A stretch of DNA of 62,236 nt, the filler included, from Fonticula-like sp. SCN 57-25 (taxonomy: Eukaryota): NCBI GenBank assembly GCA_001724245.1. It is 10 parts of 10 records of this genome, joined end to end, with 100 filler letters (N's around TTAATTAATTAA, not from the genome) between each part and the next. Parts side by side here need not be neighbours in the genome. Positions count along the whole stretch, not along the records: positions 1 to 6,159 come from MEDX01000479.1; positions 6,260 to 12,402 come from MEDX01000480.1; positions 12,503 to 18,641 come from MEDX01000481.1; 7 more parts are not named here. One strand, written 5' to 3'. Below are positions 1 through 12,779 of the stretch, one piece after another. Numbering within the stretch: position 1 is the stretch's first letter; each line of letters starts with the position of its first letter. Made by a program: the position numbers and the translations under genes. Below the pieces are notes generated by a model that made no database searches, was not told where the DNA came from, and worked only from the letters and a program-made list of their open reading frames with translations.

Positions 1-133
1 GTTTTATGATGCTGCGATTTGTTGACCCTGTCGCTTGTTGATGAAGACCGTCTGATTTTCTGATTTTGTTCTGATTTGTCTGATTGCTGAGCTTGCTGAG
101 CGCGGGCAAAAAGCAGCCAGGTAGCGAGCGACG

Positions 134-1291
134 ATGGAGGAGGACACGTCGCCCCTCGCGGCGCTCGTCACGTACTCGCTGAACCGCGTCGGTATTTCCA
201 CGGCGATTTCGCCCTTTTCTATTGCACGTCGGTTACTGCAGGTACGCAGCGTGTACGTCGCTCCCGCCTCCGCGACTGACGCATGCGATCGTGCAGATCC
301 AGTTTGTTCCCTTGGCTGCGCGGCAAGCGAGCGAGGAGCAGCGCGCCCGTGCTGAAAAGGAGGCGCTTGAGCGCACGGCCACTGCCGCGAGCGGCTATGT
401 TGTTGAGGAGCCGCACGCGCCCCTCACCGTTCTGAACGGCTACTTCCACGCCATGTCGGCGACGATGGCGGCTCCTTCGGAAGGGTTCACTTCGCTCTGG
501 AAAGGGAACGTGACCTCGATTGCTGTCGATATTTCGCGCTTTTTTATTCAGCCGACGGTCGAGAGCTTACTCAATGAGGCGTACGGTTTGAATGACGACA
601 TGCCGCTGCATTACCTGGACAACTACATGCCGAACGTGGGCACCCTTCTCGCTTCGCACGCCCTCACGAGCGTCCTGCTTGCGCCGTCCGAGCTCGTCCT
701 CACGCGCCTTGCTGTGCAGCCGCGTCAGGAGTGCAGCCGGGCGTACTCGGGTTACCTCCACTGCCTGCGCACCGTCGTTGCAGAGGAGGGGTATAGCGGC
801 CTCTTCCGCGGCGCACCGACCCAGTTTGTCCTGCACCTTTTCCGGCCGCTCTACCGGTCATGCGTTCCGATCCTTCTCGAAAGGAGCTTTGGGCTCAGCG
901 AGGGTTTCCTTAGCTTTGACGTCGCGCGCTCGCTCTTCCACCTCTTGGTGCGCGCACCGCCCGCTTGAAAAGGCCGGCTGCTCACACAGTGGCTTTTTAG
1001 GAACTGCTCATCACCCTGCCCCTCGAGACCATCTCGACGCGCCTGCAGGTGCAGTACCAGCTAAAGTACCTGCAGACCGGGAAGCGGTACCGCACGCTCG
1101 TGGCGACGTCGCCGCTGCCGTACGCCGGCGCGGTCGACTGCGCGAGGAGAATCATCGATGAGGAGGGCGTCGGCAGCCTCTACCGCGGCATCTGGATGCA
1201 CCTCGCGGTCGGGTTGCTCGAGTTTGCCACTTCCGTTTTTACCGTCGTCGAGGTCGATGAGGACGCGTACGAGGATTTGAGCGACGCGTAA
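134..1291 (+). CDS. Mitochondrial carrier-like outer-membrane protein, Ugo1/SLC25A46 family (3 exons: 134-241, 297-947, 1001-1291)
   Basis: The spliced frame gives degenerate carrier motifs PFSIARRLLQ|IQF, PSELVLTRLAVQ and ELLITLPLETISTRLQVQY, plus EGFTSLWKG and EEGVGSLYRG. GT-AG introns at 242-296 and 948-1000. Confidence 0.75.
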
Positions 1292-1579
1292 TGGGAACAG
1301 CGGCTCGGGAAAGTCGTGGGGGGAATGTAAAGAGTTTTGTTTGATGGGCTTTGTGTATCGCGCTTTGGAATAGAAAAGTGTGGAAAAATAACTGCTCTCT
1401 TTGAGATATAGAAGCTTTTAAAGTGAAGGGCTTTATGAATTGTAGAAAAGTGCGGAAACGAACCTGCTTCAAAATCTAAAAGTGCCCACAATGAATTCTA
1501 AAACGTGCGCCATGCCCAATTTGAATTTGCATTTGGACGTTGGCGGGAAGTCGAAAACTTGCACTCGTCTCGGTGAAGG

Positions 1580-2948
1580 ATGCAGCGTCGGTGGGCAGCC
1601 GTTTCGGCTGAGCGCGCGGTGCTGCTCAATACTGTCAAGCAGCAAAAGGATGAACTGGTAGTGTCAAAGGAGCTGGCAAGTTCGCTCAAGAGAACGTGCG
1701 ACAACCTGGAGAAAGAAAATGTGCGTCCTTGTGTGGAATGGTCAGTTTTTGCTTACGCATGCGGCACAGGTGACGCTAAAGCAGCAGCTGGAGACGGAGC
1801 AAACGCAGTTTATCAAGTCAAAGATGAATGTAGAGGGTCGTCTGAGTAATCTCGAATCGTCGTCGACCAATGAACGCCGCCTGCTCGAGTCTCGCCTTCA
1901 CGACACGGAGCAAGAACTGCGCAAGCTGGAGGAAACACATTCGGCTGTCGTTGCGCAATTTGAAGCCCTGAAGCAAACACATGATGCCCAGGAAAACGAG
2001 GTGCAGCGCTGCGCTCGCCTAGCGCAGGACAGCCAGTCGGCGACCGACGCACTTGCCGCCACTCTCGCGACGTGTCAGGCGGAAGCGCAGCGACTTCGAG
2101 GAGATGTCCAGCAGCTCGAGACAACAAGCGCGTGGCTTCAAAAGTCCCAGGCGCTGCTCAACACCGCCCTTGAGGAGCGAGTGCGCCGCTTGGGCGAGCT
2201 TGAGAATCAGCTGAGCGCTGCAAACGAGCGCGCCGTCGAGCATGAGCGCCGATCAACTGAGCTGCATGAGCAGCTCATCAGCAAGACCGTGGCGTTTGCG
2301 GCGGTGGACGCGCGCTTGGCGACTGCAAAGGCGGAAGTAGCGGCGACCATAGTACAGCTGGGCCAGGCGGAGCGCGAAAAGGGGGCACTGATAAGGCAAG
2401 TTGCTCACTACCAGGCTGTCATCGACCGTCAGACCATCGTGACAACCGGCCTGGAAGACCTGCTTGCAGAAACTGTCCTCAAGAAGAACGCGCTTGAAGA
2501 AGCCTCAGGCAAGATGCCCGCCGCTGCTGTGGAGGATCCAGAGGCGATGGTCAGCAGCAATGCCGCAGACACCCAGACTGTTGTGGCAACCGGCGCGGAA
2601 GACCAGCTCATCGAAACTGATCTCTCAACGAGCGCGCTTGAAGATGCTTCAGGCACGTTGCCTGCTGCTGCTGTGGAGAGTCCCGCTGCACTGAACGACA
2701 GCGAGGCGGCGAGTATCCAGACCATTGTGACAGCCGGCCCGCAAGACCCTATCACCCATTCTGTCGCGCCCGAAGATGCTTCGGACAAGGAGCCCGCCGC
2801 TGCTGTGGACAGTCCCGTTGCGCTGACCGCCAGCGAACCCGCAAATATGCCAACGACCGACCAACTGAGCATTGATCAAGAAAAGGACGCCAAAGCCGCA
2901 GAAGAAGCGCTGCCTGCGCAGACTGTAGAGGACGGCGTCAGTTCGTGA
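1580..2948 (+). CDS. Coiled-coil protein of unknown function with three C-terminal ~48-aa repeats (intron 1721-1769)
   Basis: Heptad-rich E/Q/L/A sequence. The GTGCGT...CACAG intron joins ORFs 1580 and 1719 in frame. Confidence 0.6.
2430..2850 (+). repeat. Three diverged 144-nt coding tandem repeats
   Basis: Units start CAGAC(C/T)..GTG.CA.CCGGC at 2430, 2574 and 2718. Peptide consensus QT(I/V)V..G..D....A.E(E/D)AS...PAAAV(E/D).P.A. Confidence 0.8.
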
Positions 2949-3359
2949 AAATTCATTTTACACGAGTACTTGTGGTTTGCAATAAAACATATATTAATAT
3001 AATATATCGGATTTCGTGAAAATGAATTGGCCATTCAATTTCTATTGTAGTTTTCAACACAGTGTCAATGGTACAGTGGTCGCATTTGACCTGCACCCGC
3101 CCTGCACCCGCCCTGCCGCCCTGCACCCACCCACATACTCCATTCGAATTTGCTGACAACATGACATTTGGCGCGCTTTTGCCGCCAACCCCATTTTCGT
3201 CTCAAGAAAGATAATCACACTCGAGAAGTTCCAATATTTTTCATGATGATCCCAATTTCGTCTCTGCAGCCATTTTGAAGCGCGACCGACGCGGGTGGTG
3301 AGCGCGCGAACGCAACTGCACAGCATTCGCGCGTACCTACCGTTGCAAGGCCGTTCGAC

Positions 3360-5858
3360 ATGCCTGGAAAGCAGGTGCAGTCGCATGGAAGCCAGCGGCA
3401 GTCGTCTCTACTTCAGTTTTTTCGAGCCGCCAACAGTTACACGGCGTCATCGGATCCTTTGGACGAGTCGACACTTGACCAGCGTTCGCCTGTGAAGGCT
3501 CGCTTGAGCAGCAGCCAGAGCGTGCAGGACGAGTCCACACTCGACGAGGAGCCCGCTCAACTGCTCGGCGATAGTGGGTCATTGTTGAATGCCCGCGATG
3601 CTGAGACGGAGAGTGCTCTTCCATTGGATGCTGCGGTGGACCACAGCGGAGCCGCCACCATCGAACCGAGCAGTCCATCAGCAGTTGGTACCAGTGACTC
3701 GGCTGCTGTAACCAATGACTCTATGGAGACGGCGGGTGCCGTTGAACAGAGCTCGTGTTTAGAGAAAGTGGAGTTGACGAACCCCTTTGATTCGGTGCGG
3801 CCAACTTCACCCTCGCATCAGGCCAAAGGTAGCGGTGCCGACGACAGCTCCGTTTCTGGCCCTGATACGAATGCGATCGACACTGGCGACGAGGTATACA
3901 CCCCACACCGTAAGCGCGCCCGCACCGTGGCAAGTGATGACGACTCTGTCGACACTCCCGATAGCTTTTCATCCGCTGCAGCCTTGCCAGAGCGTCTCGA
4001 TTTAGTACGTTGCTCAACCGCATCCGTGTTCATGGCTGACCCTCTTGACCGCAGTCGAGAAAGTATGAATCGTCTATTGCGCTGGAAGACGAGATGGACG
4101 ACGAGGATTTGCCTTCGTTTGCGCGCGTGGTGTCGCCGCGGACGCCAAGCGTGGGCAACCGGTCAACGGCGTCGACGCCGGATTCGGGCGGCAGCACCGG
4201 AAGCGTTCGTTCGCTACGCGTGAGGAGAACACCAGAAGAGGCGATGCAGCGGGAGAGGGATGAGCTTTTGAAGAAAACGGCGGCCGCCGCCGCCCTGAAG
4301 TCGCAGACCGCCGCCTTGGACAAGATTTTAAGGGAGCGGACTAAGCGGGAGCGGGAGCGGGAGATGATCGACCGACTGTACGAGGAAGCGAAATCAGTGC
4401 GTGATCCATTTTTTTTCTTTTGCTATGTGTGCTGACGATGAGCTATGAAGGGTGCCGAAGCTGATGTTCTGGATGACGGCTTTTCTGTTGAAGATATTCG
4501 CGACAACATTCGCATGGTGCACCGCCCTTGTAAACCTTTCATTCTTTACTAATTCTGTTCATATTCAGCTGAATGCCTACACCGATTTCGATATTACTCG
4601 CCTTTCGGTTGACGCCTTTCCATCGTGGTTGACGCGTACGAGTCTTCCTTTACGTCTTTTAAAGTCCGTGTCGGATATCGGCTCTGGCATTGCAAGGCGA
4701 GCAGAGTGGCTCCGGCTCCGGATGGGGAGAGGAGATGTTGATTTTGACGGCCAAGCACGCGAGCTGGACGAGCTTTTTGAGTATGTCGTTTCCTGCAACG
4801 GCTCGAAGCAGTCGAGCGCCGCCGCTGGTTCGGTGATTCGCGCGGCGATTGAAGGCGAGCGCCATCAGCCGCGCATGGATGTTTTGTCGATGCCTTATTG
4901 CGCTACCGCTGCGCGCCCAACACAGCCGTCTCTGGTTCCCTCGTGGATCGCCGACGGGGGCGCATCTATATATAGCTCCTCATCAATGTTGACAGCTGCG
5001 CTTGATTCACTGGGCACGGGCTCGCCTGGGGCGAGCATGGTTGCGATTGATGCGAATAGCTTGGCCGTGTTGCCGCGCTCGAACGTCGTGGAGGCCGTTC
5101 ACTTGCTGTCAGCCATGGCGATCGCCAGCGCCGATAAGGCTGTTGCGTCGTTTCGCTCGCGGATGGCGTCGCAGCTGTTCTTCATGCTTGCTGACGATCG
5201 GTTCTGTGACGACCGTCCTTCGCTGGAGACGCGCCTCGTTGCGTTGCTGGAGTGCGATGGCATTCCGCAGTGCATGCTTGATGATATTGTCGCACGCGCG
5301 TCTGGTCAGTCCGGTTGGCTGAAAGAACGGCTCTTGCTTGCGGTTCCGCGAGTGCGTGCTGGAGTGTGGGTACGGCAGCGGCTCGCGTCGAGGTGGCTCG
5401 TTCGTGAGTTTGTCGGACTGCTCGAGTTGGTCGGCATGGACCGGCCGCCGGCTGCAGGTGCCCTTCTTGATAAGGCTGACAAGGAAGCTTTGACGGTTGC
5501 TGATTTGTCTGAGATCGTATCGGTATTCAGTGCAGCGCCGCCGCATCCGAAGTACTCTTTCGGAAACAATTCACCGTTTGCAAATTTTTACTTTTTGTTT
5601 ACATTCATGCTACACGCCATTCCGGAGCCTTCCGAGGTCAAGGCAGCACCTGCTAAAGATGTTGAGGAATTGCGGCTGCATCTCAAGGCTGGGATTCATT
5701 CAAACATTAACGAGAAGAATGGACTACATATTGACAGGTCGAGAGTCAAGTTTGTGATTGAGAGAATTGAGGGGCTTGTGGTTGCTGCCGTTCAAAAGGA
5801 GATGAGCGGATATGGGCAGATCTCGCTGTCAAACTTTTTCAAGAATTCTAATGAGTGA
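3360..5858 (+). CDS. Multi-exon protein with disordered N-terminus and helical C-terminal domain; possible SLF2/FAM178 (CANIN/Nse6-like) SMC5/6 loader
   Basis: Introns at ~4006-4054, ~4398-4450 and ~4517-4569. The C-terminus LKAGIHSNINEKNGLHIDRSRVKFVIERI resembles the CANIN-domain end as I recall it. The gene is solid; the family call is tentative. Confidence 0.45.
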
Positions 5859-6159
5859 TAGTGGCTGAAACTCACTGCATGCGTCTACGCGCATTGTACT
5901 ATATCACGTCTGTCTTAATGGCTCGTTTCTTTGCTCGCTTGTCTTTATGCATCTGTAAGTATCGTACATAAATAATATACCAGTAGTGTGATGATGGAGG
6001 AGATCTGCTGGTTGGGTAACAGAGGTTTATTACCAGTGCAGAAGGAAGAAGAACACTGAGCACAAAAAGCTACACGTATTTATACTAGTGCTTATTCAGC
6101 ATGACATGTGACATTACGTAATAAATGGAAGAGCCTAGAAGAGCCTCGAATACTCAAGT

Positions 6160-6259
6160 NNNNNNNNNNNNNNNNNNNNNNNNNNNNNNNNNNNNNNNNN
6201 NNNTTAATTAATTAANNNNNNNNNNNNNNNNNNNNNNNNNNNNNNNNNNNNNNNNNNNN
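6160..6259. other. Artificial contig linker N44-TTAATTAATTAA-N44 (same linker at 12403-12502, 18642-18741, 25185-25284, 31384-31483, 37581-37680, 43769-43868, 49952-50051, 56118-56217)
   Basis: Identical 100-nt spacer with stop codons in all six frames. Genes are truncated at its edges. Confidence 0.98.
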
Positions 6260-6499
6260 CAGGAAGCACTTGCTTATGCCCAGGAAAACGGCCTTGCCTA
6301 CTTTGAGACATCCGCCCGGAAAGGCACCAACATCGCCGACATGTTCCTTTCCATCGCGCGCACGTACGCCGAAACGGTCGCCGCCAAGAGCGCCGGTCGC
6401 GAGCCCGACGTGCGGCGCAACAAGTACGCCATCCTCGAGGGCACCGTCGAGAGCGTCGACGCCGCCGAGCCGCAGGCAAAGTCAAAGTGCTGCACGTGA
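6260..6499 (+). CDS. Rab-family small GTPase, C-terminal fragment (5' truncated)
   Basis: Reads QEALAYAQENGLAYFETSARKGTNIADMFLSIA (G5 ETSA box) and ends KSKCCT* (double-Cys prenylation signal). Absent from the ORF track. Confidence 0.85.
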   Translation, partial: QEALAYAQENGLAYFETSARKGTNIADMFLSIARTYAETVAAKSAGREPDVRRNKYAILEGTVESVDAAEPQAKSKCCT

Positions 6500-6672
6500 C
6501 ACGCGCAGGCCCCATTTTTTTATTGTATATTTGTACAGACATATCCATGCCAGATGATCCAATTTGACAGTGTATTGCATCAAAGCCGACTTTATTTTGC
6601 GTTCCTTTTCACACAGAATGAACCACTGATTATAGACTATTTACACTGATACTGTACAGAGAGCGGCTCGCC

Positions 6673-7576
6673 TCACGCCTGGATCGTACGGACCGTCTCG
6701 CTCACCATGCGCGCCGTCTCGTCGAGCGTCATGCTGTCGCTCAGGCGGAGCGTGTTGGCGAGCAGGACGGTGAACTTGTGCGAGGGGGCCTTGACCCACA
6801 CGCGGCCGTTCATGCCGACGCAAATGTCAAAGGCCATGTGCTTGGTGAGAAGGGCAATGACGGGGTTGTCGGGGTGAAGTAGCCTAGGAAAATGGTTAGC
6901 AAAGAGAGAAATAACGAAAAAGTGCGCAATATTGGCCAAAACAAAGATACTAATAATTATACTCAAAAAGCAACAAAAAACTCGCCAGAAGGACGACAAG
7001 AACGCCCTTTCGTGTGCCTTCCCCAACAAATTCTTCTCCCCAAGAACGTACTTTCTGGCCTGACTGAGGGACACCTGGAAGCACATGCCGCCCTCAAGCG
7101 GTCCAAGCCCGTCGGTGCGGCCTTCGAGCGTCATGCACGACAGCTCCGGCTCCATGTCCTTGTTGGCGAGCGACAGCCGCGCGTGCACGAGATCACCGGG
7201 CTGCAGCTCGGGGCGGTTCTTCTTTGTCGCGCCCTCAAAGGCAAACGCCGAGAGTGTCGCGAGGCCGCTGCTACCAATGTCCACCTTGAAACCGTCAACG
7301 ACGCGATCCGTCACCATGCCGATGACGCGCTCCTCCTGCGCGGCAACATACTGAGGCAAGCATCATGAGCATTGCGATCGGACACGGCGGCATGCGTACC
7401 CGGCGCTGCGATGTCTCGAGCCAAAAAGTGTTATTGTTATGCGTGCGCTTGACACCTGCCTTGGTTGCCAACAGGTCTGTACCATCGCGGCGCACGCCCT
7501 GGCCGATGCGCAGCGTCGCGCCGGCCGGAAGCTGCGCCGTCGTCGACACCTCGTCGCCCGGAAGCACCACCTCCAT
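6673..7576 (-). CDS. RRP40: Exosome complex component RRP40/EXOSC3 (3 exons)
   Basis: Motifs MEVVLPGD, RIGQGV, FEGATKKNRPELQPGDLVHARLSLANKDMEPELSC and FDICVGMNGRVWV. Confidence 0.92.
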
Positions 7577-8289
7577 CGCTATGGTCAGTTTGCAGTTTGC
7601 AAGTTGAGGATCGGTATATAAAGCCACGTGTGTCGAGGGAGCGCGTACTCTTTTCCCTTTGTCCCTGCAGCCCACAGCAGGACGATGGCGACGATGTGGA
7701 ACCGCCCTTGCGGCGCGCACGAGGCCGATACGTAGGCAGACTGCTTGACTAGTGACACGGCTATTATGGTACGTTGGTAGGACATGGTTTGTTGGGCTGT
7801 GGGCAGGCTCTGTCAATGATGAAGAAAGTTGTATGATCGTGTGGAATCAGTCGGAACCTGTTATGCAGGAAGAACCCTCCGGCTCCCACTCGTATGAAAT
7901 CCCAACCTCTTTACTGAGCACTATTCATTGTGTATTACTATTCTTTTCATGCCTCTTTTCTCGTGTCTAACCCTGGTTCTTGAAGGCCTGCTACAACGGC
8001 ATTTTACGGTGACATCACCCACCCTCCCGAGGAAACCAACGAAACCCTCTTAATGGCTACCAGTGTTGCTCTCGCCCGTTCAGTCAGCAACAACAAGGCA
8101 GAGCTCACTCCATCCATGGCATTGTATTGCTTCAAGGCAAACCGCTCCCATACCTTGAACATACTATACATGACCCCGGTCGTGTACCCTTCAACACAAT
8201 ATATTGTGCTTTTATATTCATGTCACCTCTATTTTCATGATAAAATTGAGACGAAAAACGACAATTGTACAATGCGCCCACTTTCCCTC

Positions 8290-10259
8290 TTAGTCGAGCA
8301 CGTCCACCGGGTGATCGTCGCTCGGGTGCGCCGTGAGCCCCTCGACCTGCTCGTTCTGCTCCTGCGTGAGCAGCTTGTTCACCTCGAGCGAGCGCTCCCA
8401 CGCGTCGAACGCGTCCTCGAGCTGCTGCGCCATGCGCACAACGTCGCTGTTGGGCAGGTTGTACGTGTAGCAGTTTTGAAAGATTTGGTGCACGTCGGCG
8501 CGCAGCGATGCGTACGACGCGTACCGGTCCAGCATCAGGTTCTTGTACACAGTCGACAGGTCCATCGGCCGCTTAATGACACTAGAAAGGAACGGTCAGC
8601 AATGAATTAAGCAATATTTAAAGGGACGTACTCAAAGTAGTCCGGGATTCCGAGCGCCACTGGATCGACGGGCGCGACGAATGGGAACGCCATCGGGTGC
8701 GCCTTTAGCATATTTATAGCGTCACGGCACGCAATTCTACGCAAAATACACGCTCAATATCAACCAAAACAGTATAAAAGGCGTACTTTAGGGGTACACT
8801 GTCGACGATCGACATTGACCGCAGCAACAAAAGCCACCTCTGCCTATCATGCGCCGTCGCAATGTCCACATTGACCTCGTCCGGCGCGGCAATCGTCGCG
8901 TGCACAACAGTCGCCGGCGGCGGCGTCATTTCAGCGTCGGCGCCGCGCTGCGCCACGCGAATCGCCCGCTGAGCAACAGTGAGCGCCTTTTCGGCGCGCG
9001 ACACAGCCTCGGCCTCCTCGCGCGCCACGCGCTTCTGTTCGGCCTCGCGGGCGCGCGCCTCGGCAATTGCAGCGGCACGCTCCTGCTTCTCGCGCTCCTT
9101 GCGCTCAAGCAGCTCACGTTCCATGATTGAGCGGTTGATCTCTTCGAGCTCGCGGTCCTGCTCGTCCTTGATGCGCTTTTCAAGCACGCGCGACGAGCCG
9201 CGGCGCGGAAGCATGTCGAGCATCGCTGATGCAACAAGAATGAGTAAAGAATGCACCACAGCATAAGAGCGTACCGCGACGCGCCTCACCGCGCTCCTTG
9301 GCTTCGTTGCGGGCGACAATGCGGCGGGGAAGGCCGCCGAGCATCTCGTTGAGGTCCTTTTCGACGCGCGAGCGGCTCGCGTCGAGATGGTCGGCGAGCA
9401 GTTGCCAGTCGCCAACACCGGCGGCGCCAAGCAGCCACTGCGGCTCAACATCCTCTGCAATACAGCGTCAATAAACAATACACCTAATTGTGCAGACGTA
9501 CTGCGCTTAAGTGGCGGGCACTCGCAGTAGAGCCGCGACGGCGCGAGGCCCTCAAACATCCAGTAGCGGACGCCGTTCGCGTCAGAGCCGAGCGGAGACA
9601 GGCGCTGCAACGCAGTTAGCAACAACGCAACATGCAGTAAAATATCGTACGAATTCGTCCGCGTGATCATTGTCGACGAGCACGGCGGGCGCCTGCACCT
9701 CAAAGACGAGCTCCTGCAGCAGGTAGAGAACCTCGATCTTGACGTCAATCGGCATCGCGTTGATGGGCCCAGCCTCAAGCTCGATCCTGTCGCGCAAAAC
9801 GTACCGCACGCGGTCGTCCACGTTGAGCAGTGTGACCGACTGGGACTGGAGCGCGGCGGCGAGGCGGATCAGGAGGGTCACGTACGCCTCGCCGTGCGGC
9901 CGTACAAAGCTCGATTCGAGCTCGTCAACGGTCAGACGCGGAAAGCCAAAGGACGAACGAAAGAGATAGATAAAACATGCACAATTCAGAAACTTCCACG
10001 AGCGCTGTAGCCACTCGATCCCCTCCAGGGCCCCGGCATCGGTGCGCGCCAATTCCTCGGTGCGCTGGCGATCGAAAAAGGTTGGGACGGCATGCGTCGC
10101 CTTTTCCTGCAGCTCGGCGAGCTCGCGCTTCTGGCGCTTGGCCTCGCGCGACTCGCCCTCAGCGCGCTCCTGCTCGCGCTGCTGGATATGCTTCTCGACC
10201 GTCGATCGCCGCAGTGGGCGCGGCGACTCGAGGCCGTCACCGCTGCCGACCGCAAGCAT
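8290..10259 (-). CDS. DDT/WHIM plus C-terminal bromodomain protein (CECR2/Ioc3-like ISWI partner), multi-exon
   Basis: WHIM-like MPIDVKIEVLYLLQE and PLGSDANGVRYWMF. Bromodomain AHPMAFPFVAPVDPVALGIPDYFE|VIKRPMDLSTV...QIFQNCYTYN. Confidence 0.75.
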
Positions 10260-10381
10260 CGCCCTCACAAATCGTCTCTGCGCACCGCGTGAATTGACTA
10301 TGGGCTCTCAATACCGATCGGTCAGCCCGCCAATCTGTTGAGACGATTTCTGATTTTGGCGGGATCGCTCGCTGCGCAAAC

Positions 10382-10945
10382 ATGGCGGACCGCTCGGCCG
10401 CCTCGTCGGTGGGCGATGACGACGAAGACGACCGCAACGTGTACGACTCTCCCGAGCCGCTCGACAATGACAACAATGAGGACAAGCTGCGCAGCGCCCA
10501 GGACGTGTGTACTCCGGCCAAGAAGCGCAACCAGTGGACCGACATGGACGCGCGGCCGAGCAAGGAGCCATCGCCGGCGGCCCCGCCCGTGCCAACATCC
10601 AACAAGCGAACCGCTGACGAGCTCGAAGAGGACGCGCCGTGGACAATGGACGAAGTGCGTTTTGTTGGCCTTATTGGGCAGATGATGGCGACGGCGCCAA
10701 AGGACCTCGAGAAGGATCTCGCTCAGGTGCTCCTGCCGGGTCGCTCGCTCGAGGCCATCGAGGCCAGCCGCCAGGATGCGCGCGTGGCCGAGGTCGCCGA
10801 GTCACAGCGCCACCGCGAAATGGAGCTGCTTATGCGCGACCAGCGCGTCTACCAGGCACGTCAGCTCGTGGCGCGCCTCGAGGCCGCCGGCGCATCCCGG
10901 CCAAACGTCGTTCGCATCTCGCCAAACAGGACCACTAAGCCGTGA
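10382..10945 (+). CDS. Small protein with a degenerate Myb/SANT-like domain
   Basis: PWTMDEVRF...LLPGRSLEAIEASR. Single exon with strong GC3 codon bias. Confidence 0.55.
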   Translation: MADRSAASSVGDDDEDDRNVYDSPEPLDNDNNEDKLRSAQDVCTPAKKRNQWTDMDARPSKEPSPAAPPVPTSNKRTADELEEDAPWTMDEVRFVGLIGQMMATAPKDLEKDLAQVLLPGRSLEAIEASRQDARVAEVAESQRHREMELLMRDQRVYQARQLVARLEAAGASRPNVVRISPNRTTKP

Positions 10946-11130
10946 ACGATATTTTATTTACCTTTCGAGCTGTACATATTACATGTAGTATCACATTTCC
11001 AATGAAATTTCGCCTATATCTTTGACGCTGTAGCCATGCCGTCGAAGCATATCTGCTGTGAGTCTGTGGCATCAATCAAAAAGAACAAAAATAACGTGCA
11101 TAAAAGAATACAAAAAATGAGCTAGAGACC

Positions 11131-12265
11131 TCATCCTCCGAGGTCGTTGAGCGCAATACATACAATTGACTTTGAGTGGCCTGTATACTGGCGCATCGTC
11201 TCGCCCGTGCTCAAGTCCCACAGCCTTGCCGAGTGGTCCGACGACGCTGCATCATGCGTTAGCATCAGCATCAAGCTGCAATCGGGATCCGCACCTGTCA
11301 CAAGATACGCCGAGTCGGCCGAGAACGAGCAGTCCCACACCCACCGCTGGTGCCCCGTGAGCGTCTTTTCCAACGTAAAGTTTGTCGTGTTCCAGATCTT
11401 GACCGTGTGATCGGCCGATGCCGTGGCGAGCAGCTTGACATTCGGGCTCAGCAGGCACTTTAGAATGTACGTGTCGTGCGCGCGGATCATCGTAATTGGC
11501 CGAAGGTCCTGCGTGTCCTTGCCATTGTCCATCCGCCAGACGTACACATTGCCGGTATTGCTGGCGGCGACGAGGAGCGTGCCGTCGGCGGCGACGGACA
11601 GCGAGCGGATCGCGACGCCTTCCTCGGGCACGAGCTCGTGCGTGCACATGTTCATCGTGAGATCCCAGATCTTGATGCAGCCGCTCTGATCCGCAGAGAT
11701 GATCTCACCCTGGTTCGGGTGAAGAACAACCGTCGTCACCGCCACTTTGTGCGCGTAATCGCGCTGCCAATGCGGCGAGCGCATGTCCCAGATCTTGATC
11801 GTTCCGTCCTCGCTGCCTGTGTACATCCAGCGGCCCTCCTTCTGAAATCCAACCGCAATAACATTGCCCGTGTGGCCATCAAAGCTCGTCACCTGTACCG
11901 CTGTTAGCATCCCGCCCCGCACAACATTAGAGCACGTACGGGAGAAGGATTAAGCGTCGTCAGGTCGTAGAGGCGGACATGCGGGTTTCCGGCAGCCGCA
12001 ATGTACCGCTTATCTGGCGTGATGGCGAGCACATTTACTTGCTGCAGGGAAGATGCAGTCAGCATCAAACGTGAGACAGGGATATGCGCACCGTTTCAGG
12101 GTACTGGATAGCGCGGTGGCAGATGCCCGAAAGCGCTTCCCAGAAACGAATCGCGTGATCGTAGCCAGCGGTGGCAAGAATCACCGCATGTGAGTCGGCG
12201 CCTCCCTGCGCTGCGCCTCCTGCGCCGCCGCCCCGCGACCCGGAATCGGACTTGCCCATGGCCAT
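11131..12265 (-). CDS. LST8: TOR complex subunit LST8 (WD40), multi-exon
   Basis: [50 protein letters not shown] and [20 protein letters not shown]. Confidence 0.95.
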
Positions 12266-12779
12266 CCCCTTCCTGGCACTCAACAACAGCCGAGCGTGAA
12301 AAATACCGTAGATTTCGGTGTCGTAGGGAAATCGACGGGGGTGGGCCCCACGATTTTGTCACCCCCAACTGAACAATGATCTGCAAATGCTGACTGTCCC
12401 ATNNNNNNNNNNNNNNNNNNNNNNNNNNNNNNNNNNNNNNNNNNNNTTAATTAATTAANNNNNNNNNNNNNNNNNNNNNNNNNNNNNNNNNNNNNNNNNN
12501 NNGCTGCCATCGTGGCTGCCTCTGCGTCCGCTTAAACGGAACTATCGGTAATCACGGTAACAAATATACACAATTGAAATAAAAGATAATGCTCCAAATG
12601 TTGCCAGAGCAGGCAAGAGAATCGGGGAGAAACAGATTCAGTCAATAGTGCGGCGAAACGGCCGTGTTGGGAGCACAAATAATTCTTTTATGCCGGAATT
12701 TATTACACACTGCGCCAAATAAAGAGGGCGCGCGCGCAAGTCTCAATTCATACATGCTTCAAAAAATGAACAAATATAC

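Noticed and set aside
3090-3132. CCCTGCACCCG tandem units (~11 nt, 3-4 copies) and the 12-nt duplication at 20758-20783
   Set aside because: Short slippage repeats with no further evidence of function.
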